From assembly GCA_963816355.1 (NCBI GenBank), contig CAWFKH010000003.1, positions 480,001 to 544,000 of the forward strand: a DNA stretch of 64,000 nucleotides, read 5' to 3'. Under the pieces are notes generated by a model that did no database searches, was not told the DNA's origin, and saw only the letters and a program-made list of their open reading frames with translations. The DNA comes from an uncultured Gemmatimonadales bacterium (GTDB lineage Bacteria > Gemmatimonadota > Gemmatimonadetes > Longimicrobiales > RSA9). A program made the translations under genes and the position numbers. Shown piece after piece: positions 58,027 to 64,000 of the stretch. How positions within the stretch are numbered: position 1 is the stretch's first letter; every line of letters begins with the position of its first letter.

Positions 58027-59526
58027 ATGTCGCAGAGCTTCGAGAACTTCGTCGCCGGGGAGTGGACCGGATCGGCGTCCGGCGAGACGTTCGAGAACCG
58101 CAATCCCGCCGATCGCGACGACCTGATCGGCCTCTTCCCCAGCTCCGGCACCGAGGACCTGCGGCGCGCCGTCGCCTCCGCGAAGCGCGGCTTCGAGGCG
58201 TGGCGCCGCACGCCGGCGCCGGCGCGAGGGGACGTCATCCGGCGCGCCGGCGACCTGCTCTCGGCCCGCAAGGAGGAGATCGCCCATCTCATGACGCGCG
58301 AGATGGGGAAGGTCCTCGAAGAGACGCGCGGCGACGTGCAGGAGGGGATCGACACCGCGTACTACGCGGCGACGGAGGGGCGCCGCCTCTTCGGCCACAC
58401 GGTGCCGAGCGAGCTGCGCTCGAAGTGGGCGATGAGCTTCCGCCGGCCGATCGGCATCTGCGGCCTCATCACGCCGTTCAACTTCCCGCTCGCGATCCCC
58501 ACCTGGAAGATGTTCCCCGCGCTGTTGTGCGGGAACGCCGTGATCTTCAAGCCGGCCGAAGACGTGCCGCACACCGCGACGGTGCTCGTCGAGGTGCTGC
58601 TCGAGGCAGGCCTGCCGCCGGAGACGATCCAGTTGCTGCACGGGCACGGCGAGACGATCGGCGCCGCGCTCGTCGCGCATCGCGACGTCGGCGTCATCTC
58701 CTTCACCGGCTCGACGGCGACGGGCGCGAAAATCGGCGAGACGTGCGGCCGCATGCACAAGCGGCTGTCGCTCGAGATGGGCGGCAAGAACGCGCAGATC
58801 GTCATGCCGGACGCCGACGTCGCCCTGGCGCTCGACGGCGTCCTGTGGGGCGCGTTCGGCACGACCGGACAGCGCTGCACGGCCACCAGCCGGCTCCTCC
58901 TCCACGCCGACATCCACGACGACTTCCTCGATCGGCTGCTCGATCGCGTGCAGGCGCTGCGCCTCGGCGACGGCCGCGAGGCGGGCACCGACGTCGGTCC
59001 GCTCATCAACGCCGCCGCGCTCGAGAAGGTGGGCGGCTACGTCGCGGTCGCGCGCGAGGAGGGCGACGAGGTGCTGTGCGGCGGCCGGCCCGCGGAGGGG
59101 GGCGCGCTCGATCGCGGCTTCTTCTACGAGCCGACCGTGCTGCGCGGCGTCCGCCCCGGCAGCCGGCTCGCCTGCGAGGAAGTCTTCGGCCCGGTGCTCA
59201 GCGTGATGCGATTCCAGGATGCGGACGAAGCGTTCCGCATCAACAACGAAGTCGCCTACGGCCTCTCGAGCTCCGTCTACACGCGCGACGTCCTGCTGGC
59301 GTTCCGCGCGATCAACGAGCTGGACACCGGAATCACCTACATCAACGCCCCGACCATCGGCGCCGAGGCGCACCTCCCGTTCGGCGGCGTGAAGCAGACG
59401 GGCAACGGCCACCGCGAGGGCGGCTGGGAAGTCTACGACTTCTACAGCGAGACGAAGGTCGCTTACGTCGACTACTCGGGGAAGTTGCAGCGCGCCCAGA
59501 TCGACAACTACGAAGCGGCGCCGTAG
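58027..59526 (+). CDS. aldehyde dehydrogenase family protein
   Basis: ITPFNFP, FTGS, LEMGGKN, GQRCT, EEVFGP, PFGGVK. Confidence 0.95.
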   Translation: MSQSFENFVAGEWTGSASGETFENRNPADRDDLIGLFPSSGTEDLRRAVASAKRGFEAWRRTPAPARGDVIRRAGDLLSARKEEIAHLMTREMGKVLEETRGDVQEGIDTAYYAATEGRRLFGHTVPSELRSKWAMSFRRPIGICGLITPFNFPLAIPTWKMFPALLCGNAVIFKPAEDVPHTATVLVEVLLEAGLPPETIQLLHGHGETIGAALVAHRDVGVISFTGSTATGAKIGETCGRMHKRLSLEMGGKNAQIVMPDADVALALDGVLWGAFGTTGQRCTATSRLLLHADIHDDFLDRLLDRVQALRLGDGREAGTDVGPLINAAALEKVGGYVAVAREEGDEVLCGGRPAEGGALDRGFFYEPTVLRGVRPGSRLACEEVFGPVLSVMRFQDADEAFRINNEVAYGLSSSVYTRDVLLAFRAINELDTGITYINAPTIGAEAHLPFGGVKQTGNGHREGGWEVYDFYSETKVAYVDYSGKLQRAQIDNYEAAP

Positions 59527-59545
59527 TGATCGGCGCGGCGGCGAT

Positions 59546-59575
59546 TTGACAGCCGGATACCCCTTCCTTCATCAT
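59546..59575 (+). promoter_or_regulatory. lepB promoter TTGACA-18-CATCAT
   Basis: Perfect -35 at 59546-59551, -10 at 59570-59575. Confidence 0.5.
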
Positions 59576-59580
59576 AGTAC

Positions 59581-60354
59581 GTGGACTCTGCGGATTCAGT
59601 ACGGCCGGAGGCTGTTGCAGAGGGCGGCGAGGTCGACGGCCGCTCGGGCGCGGGGGGGCATCGCGTCGCCCGCGTCGCCCGCTGGATCTGGGACTGGACG
59701 CGCTCGCTCGCCGTCGCTTTCCTCATCTTCATCGGCATCCGCACCTTTCTCGTGGAGGCGTTCCGGATCCCCACGGGGAGCATGGAGAGGACCCTGCTGG
59801 TCGGTGATTTTCTGCTCGTCAACAAGGCGGTCTACGGCGCACAGATCCCGGGAACGCACGCGCACCTCCCGGGTTTCGGCGATCCGCAACGCGGCGACGT
59901 CATCGTGTTCATTCCGCCGCACGACCCCGGGCGCCACTACGTGAAGCGGCTCGTGGGAGTGGCCGGGGACACGCTATCCATGCGCGACAAGGTGCTCTAT
60001 CGGGACCGCATCCGTGTGGAGGAGCCGTACGCGCAGCACACGGATTTCCTCGGCGATCCACGCTCCCGCGACATGCTGTGGCAGCGGGAGTACCTGCCCG
60101 CCGGCGTCGATCCCCGGAGCTATCGCCCCTCGCGAGACAACTGGGGACCGATCGTCGTGCCGCAGGGAGGCTACTTCGTGCTCGGCGACAACCGTGACGA
60201 CTCGGAGGACTCCCGCTACTGGGGCTTCGTCGACCCCGCGGCGGTGGAGGGACGGCCGATGATCGTCTACTACTCGTTCGATCCGCGCTCCATGGCACCC
60301 TTCCCGTGGCTCACGGAGGTCCGCTGGGCCCGGATCGGCGGCGCGATCCACTGA
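59581..60354 (+). CDS. lepB: signal peptidase I
   Basis: IPTGSME.TL.VGD (Ser), YVKRLVG..GD (Lys), GDNRDDSEDSRYWG. Confidence 0.95.
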   Translation: MDSADSVRPEAVAEGGEVDGRSGAGGHRVARVARWIWDWTRSLAVAFLIFIGIRTFLVEAFRIPTGSMERTLLVGDFLLVNKAVYGAQIPGTHAHLPGFGDPQRGDVIVFIPPHDPGRHYVKRLVGVAGDTLSMRDKVLYRDRIRVEEPYAQHTDFLGDPRSRDMLWQREYLPAGVDPRSYRPSRDNWGPIVVPQGGYFVLGDNRDDSEDSRYWGFVDPAAVEGRPMIVYYSFDPRSMAPFPWLTEVRWARIGGAIH

Positions 60355-60494
60355 GATGCGAAGCGTCGGGGAAGCCCGGCTCTCCCGGATAGATCGTTCA
60401 TCGAACCAGCATTGATCGTGGGTGGCCGTCGCGCCCGGCGCCCCGTGGGCTACGCAGCCCGTCGCGCCGCAACGCCGCATTACCGGAGCGTATC

Positions 60495-61355
60495 ATGAGC
60501 TTTTCCTCGCCGCGCCGACGTCTCAACGACGAGAGCTCGCTCGACCAGTACCTAAAGGAGATCAGCGCCTATCCGCTCCTGCGGCGGGAGCAGGAGGTCT
60601 CGCTCGCGAAGCGGATCCGGAAGGGGGATCAGGAGGCGCTCGATCATCTGGTGCGCTCCAATCTGCGCTTCGTCGTCTCCGTCGCGAAGAAGTACCAGAA
60701 CCAGGGCGTCGCCCTCGGCGATCTCATCAACGAGGGGAACCTCGGCCTCATCCGCGCCGCCCACAAGTTCGACGAGACGAAGGGCATTAAGTTCATCTCG
60801 TACGCGGTGTGGTGGATCCGGCAGGCGATCCTGCAGGCGCTCGCGGAGCAGAGCCGCATCGTGCGCGTCCCGCTCAACCGGGCGGGTGCGCTGCACCGCA
60901 TCGGGAAGCGGTCCTCGCTTCTGCTCCAGGAGCTGGGCCGGGAACCGACGGTCGAGGAGATCGCCGACGAGCTCGATCTGTCGCACGACGAGGTCGAGCG
61001 CACGCTCGCGATCTCGCAGGCGCACCTCTCGCTCGACGCGCCGCTCACGCCCGGCGAGGACAACCGGCTGCTGGACTACCTGCCGGACGCGGTGTCGCCC
61101 GGCCCGGACGACGAGACGTACGACCGCGCGTTGTCGACCACGATCGAGGAGGCGCTCGGCACGCTGAAGGAGCGCGAGGCCAAGGTGCTCCGGCTCTACT
61201 TCGGCCTCGACGGACAGGAGCCCATGACACTGGAGGAGATCGGGTCGCTGCTCGGCATCACGCGCGAGCGCGTGCGACAGATCAAGGAACGCGCCCTCGT
61301 GCGGCTGCGCCACGCCTCCCGCGCGCGATTCCTCGAGACCTTCCTCGGCCACTGA
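60495..61355 (+). CDS. RpoD/SigA-family sigma factor lacking region 1.1
   Basis: SLDQYLKEI, NLRFVVSVAKKY, DLINEGNLGL, YAVWWIRQ, TRERVRQI. Confidence 0.93.
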   Translation: MSFSSPRRRLNDESSLDQYLKEISAYPLLRREQEVSLAKRIRKGDQEALDHLVRSNLRFVVSVAKKYQNQGVALGDLINEGNLGLIRAAHKFDETKGIKFISYAVWWIRQAILQALAEQSRIVRVPLNRAGALHRIGKRSSLLLQELGREPTVEEIADELDLSHDEVERTLAISQAHLSLDAPLTPGEDNRLLDYLPDAVSPGPDDETYDRALSTTIEEALGTLKEREAKVLRLYFGLDGQEPMTLEEIGSLLGITRERVRQIKERALVRLRHASRARFLETFLGH

Positions 61356-61470
61356 CCTTGGCCGTTCCAGACGATCACCCCGCGACGACCGCCACCGTGC
61401 CCGCCACCCGAGGCGCCCGGCACCCGGCGGAGCCAACGTCGCCACTTCCCTCGTCACTCCGTGATGCCCG

Positions 61471-63990
61471 ATGAGACGACTCACTCCGCTGACCCTCGCG
61501 GTGCTCCTCTCCGCCTGTACTCACGCCGCCGGCCCCACGACGCCGGCGCCGCAGAACGGCCCCGGCGCTCGGCGCGGCGGCGCCGTCGCGCCCGGGGACA
61601 GCAGCCGCGGCGGCCGCAGCGCGATCCGGCCGTACCGCCAGGTGGTCACCGCCGAGGCGAAGACGAAGCGCGGCCTCTTCATCGTGCACCAGGTCGGTGA
61701 CAAGCTGCTGTTCGAGATTCCGCGCTCCGCGCTCGACGAGGACATGCTCGTCGTCGGCCGCTACGCGCGCGCCGCCGCGTCGCCCCCCAATCTGCCGCGC
61801 GGCCAGTTCGGCCAGTACGGCGGCGACGAATTCGGAGAGCGGACGCTGCGCTGGACCCGGAGTGGAAACCGCATCCTGCTGCGCTCCCCCTCCTTCGCGG
61901 TCACCGCGGACAGCAGCCTCGCCGTCTACCGTGCCGTGGAGGCGGCGAACTACCCGCCGATCATCGCGGCGTTCGACATCGAGGCGTTCGGACCGGACAG
62001 CGCCGCGGTGATCGACGTCACGCGGCTCTTCACCTCACGCGTGCCGGAGCTGGCGGCGATCCGCGGTGAGATCGACCAGAAGCGCTCGTTCATCGAGAAC
62101 TTCTCAGCGTTCCCGCGCAACGTCGAGATCGAGGCGACGCAGACCGGCACGCCCACGCCCGCGGGCGGACAGGCCGCCGGCGGCGGCCCCGGCGGCCGCG
62201 GCGGCAATCGCACCGCGGAGAGCGTGCTGGCACACTGGAGCATCGTGAAGCTGCCGGAGAAGGCGATGACGCCGCGGCTCTTCGACGAGCGCGTCGGATT
62301 CTTCTCCGTCCGGCAGGTGGATTTCGGCGGGGAGCAGATGCCGCAGGAGCACCAGTTCATCGCCCGCTACCGCCTCGAGTGCTCCGATCAGATGGTGGGC
62401 GACCTCTGCGTGCCGAAGAACCAGATCGTCTACTACGTGGACCCCGCCACGCCGGACCAGTGGAAGCCCTGGATCCGCAAGGCGATCACGGACTGGCAGC
62501 CCGCCTTCGAGGCCGCTGGCTTCAAGGACGCCATCGTCGCCAAGGACCCGCCGGCGAACGACCCGGAGTGGTCCCCCGAAGACATCCGCCACACGCTGAT
62601 TCGGTGGCTGCCGTCCACGACCGAGAACGCGGTGGGCCCGCACGTCAGCGATCCGCGGACCGGCGAGATCCTGAACGGCTCGGTGCGCATCTTCCAGAAC
62701 GTGCTGAACCTGCAGCGCGACTGGTACTTCACGCAGGTCGCCTCGCTCGATCCGCGCGCCCGTACGCTGCCGCTGCCGGACTCGCTGATGGGGCGTCTGC
62801 TCGAGTTCGTGGTCGCGCACGAGATCGGCCACACGATCGGTCTGCGGCATGACCAGATCGGCAGCTCGACCTACCCCGCCGACAGCGTGCACAGCGCTAC
62901 CTGGGTCCACCGCATGGGCCACTCGCCCAGCATCATGGACTACTCGCGCTTCAACTACGTCGCGCAGCCCGAGGACCGCATCGCGCTCGAAGACCTCATT
63001 CCCCGCATCGGACCTTACGACAAGTTCGCGATCATGTGGGGCTACAAGCCGATCGCCGGCGGGCCAATGGCGCAGAAACCGGCTCTCGACGAGATCGCGC
63101 GCATGCAGGACAGCATCCCGTGGTATCGCTTCTCGGAGCGCAACGACTTCGGCGGCTTCGGCACCACCACCGAGGCCGTGGGCGACGCCGACCCGGTCGC
63201 CTCCACGCTCGACGGCTTCCGCAACATCGAGCGCGTCGCGGGCTACGTCGCCGACGCCGCGATCCGGCCGGGCCACGACAACAGCGACCTCGAGGAGATC
63301 TACAACCGCCTCGTCGGCCAGTGGGCCACCGAAGCCAACCACGTCGCCACCGTGGTGGCCGGCGCGAGCGTCCAGTACAAGGGCGGCAGCCAGCCCGGCG
63401 CCGTCTACACGCCGCTCTCGCGGGCCCGTCAGGCCGCGGCCGTCCGCTTCCTCAACGAGCGTGTCTTCCACACGCCCGCGTACCTCATCCGGCCCGACAT
63501 CGGCCGCCGCATCGAGGCCGACGGCATGATCCGCCGCATCGACGGCGCCCAGACGCGCGTCCTCAACAACCTGCTCGACGACGCGCGCCTCGACCGGCTC
63601 ATCGAGAACGAGGCGCTCGCCGCCGACGCCTCCCGCGTCTACACCATCACCGACATGCTCGACGACACGCGCCACGGCGTGTGGACCGAGATCGAAGCGG
63701 GGGGCCGCGTCTCCATCGACGCCTACCGCCGCGCGCTCCAGAACTCGTACCTCTCCATCATCGACCGCAAGCTCAACCCGCCGCCCGACTCCGGCCAGGC
63801 GAACCGCGCGTTCTTCGGTCGCCGGCCCGAGCCGCTCTCCGACGACGGCAAGAACCAGCTCCGCGGCCAGTTGATCACGCTCCGCGCCGAGGTGCGCCGC
63901 GCGGTCCCGCGCGCCGCCACCGCCGAGACGCGGTTCCACCTCGAGGGCGTGTCGCACCGCATCGACGAGATCCTCGATCCGGGCAAGTAG
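61471..63990 (+). CDS. zinc-dependent metalloprotease lipoprotein (DUF5117/EcxA-like metzincin)
   Basis: LLSAC lipobox, [24 protein letters not shown] Met-turn. Confidence 0.9.
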   Translation: MRRLTPLTLAVLLSACTHAAGPTTPAPQNGPGARRGGAVAPGDSSRGGRSAIRPYRQVVTAEAKTKRGLFIVHQVGDKLLFEIPRSALDEDMLVVGRYARAAASPPNLPRGQFGQYGGDEFGERTLRWTRSGNRILLRSPSFAVTADSSLAVYRAVEAANYPPIIAAFDIEAFGPDSAAVIDVTRLFTSRVPELAAIRGEIDQKRSFIENFSAFPRNVEIEATQTGTPTPAGGQAAGGGPGGRGGNRTAESVLAHWSIVKLPEKAMTPRLFDERVGFFSVRQVDFGGEQMPQEHQFIARYRLECSDQMVGDLCVPKNQIVYYVDPATPDQWKPWIRKAITDWQPAFEAAGFKDAIVAKDPPANDPEWSPEDIRHTLIRWLPSTTENAVGPHVSDPRTGEILNGSVRIFQNVLNLQRDWYFTQVASLDPRARTLPLPDSLMGRLLEFVVAHEIGHTIGLRHDQIGSSTYPADSVHSATWVHRMGHSPSIMDYSRFNYVAQPEDRIALEDLIPRIGPYDKFAIMWGYKPIAGGPMAQKPALDEIARMQDSIPWYRFSERNDFGGFGTTTEAVGDADPVASTLDGFRNIERVAGYVADAAIRPGHDNSDLEEIYNRLVGQWATEANHVATVVAGASVQYKGGSQPGAVYTPLSRARQAAAVRFLNERVFHTPAYLIRPDIGRRIEADGMIRRIDGAQTRVLNNLLDDARLDRLIENEALAADASRVYTITDMLDDTRHGVWTEIEAGGRVSIDAYRRALQNSYLSIIDRKLNPPPDSGQANRAFFGRRPEPLSDDGKNQLRGQLITLRAEVRRAVPRAATAETRFHLEGVSHRIDEILDPGK

Positions 63991-64000
63991 GAGAATCCCG

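Overview
Very GC-rich, densely coding, mostly core-genome bacterial window. Gene order (rpsF-rpsR-DUF2232-rplI-rsfS, recR-mglB-mglA-pgsA-cinA, bshB1, short region-1.1-less RpoD, FlgD/T9SS-like C-terminal domain) suggests an FCB-group organism, probably Gemmatimonadota (inference). About 56 CDSs, an SRP RNA (ffs) before dnaX-ybaB-recR, an S6:S18-type leader and several sigma70-like promoters are supported. No tRNA, rRNA, CRISPR array, transposase or prophage was seen. The most unusual observations are: (1) a translationally coupled larE ([4Fe-4S]-type) / stand-alone LarE-C-terminal-domain protein / group II cysteine desulfurase module without larA/B/C in the window; (2) an SMC apparently lacking the second half of its hinge, coupled to a pseudo-ATPase-TM-SPOR protein; (3) a perfect 24-bp palindrome flanked by an 8-bp direct repeat just upstream of the rpsF promoter; (4) an SRP RNA whose helix-8 loop is not GNRA; (5) a CTG-initiated 62-aa membrane ORF missed by the ORF track. 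Family calls are from motif recognition by eye; no database search was run, and several start codons are best guesses.
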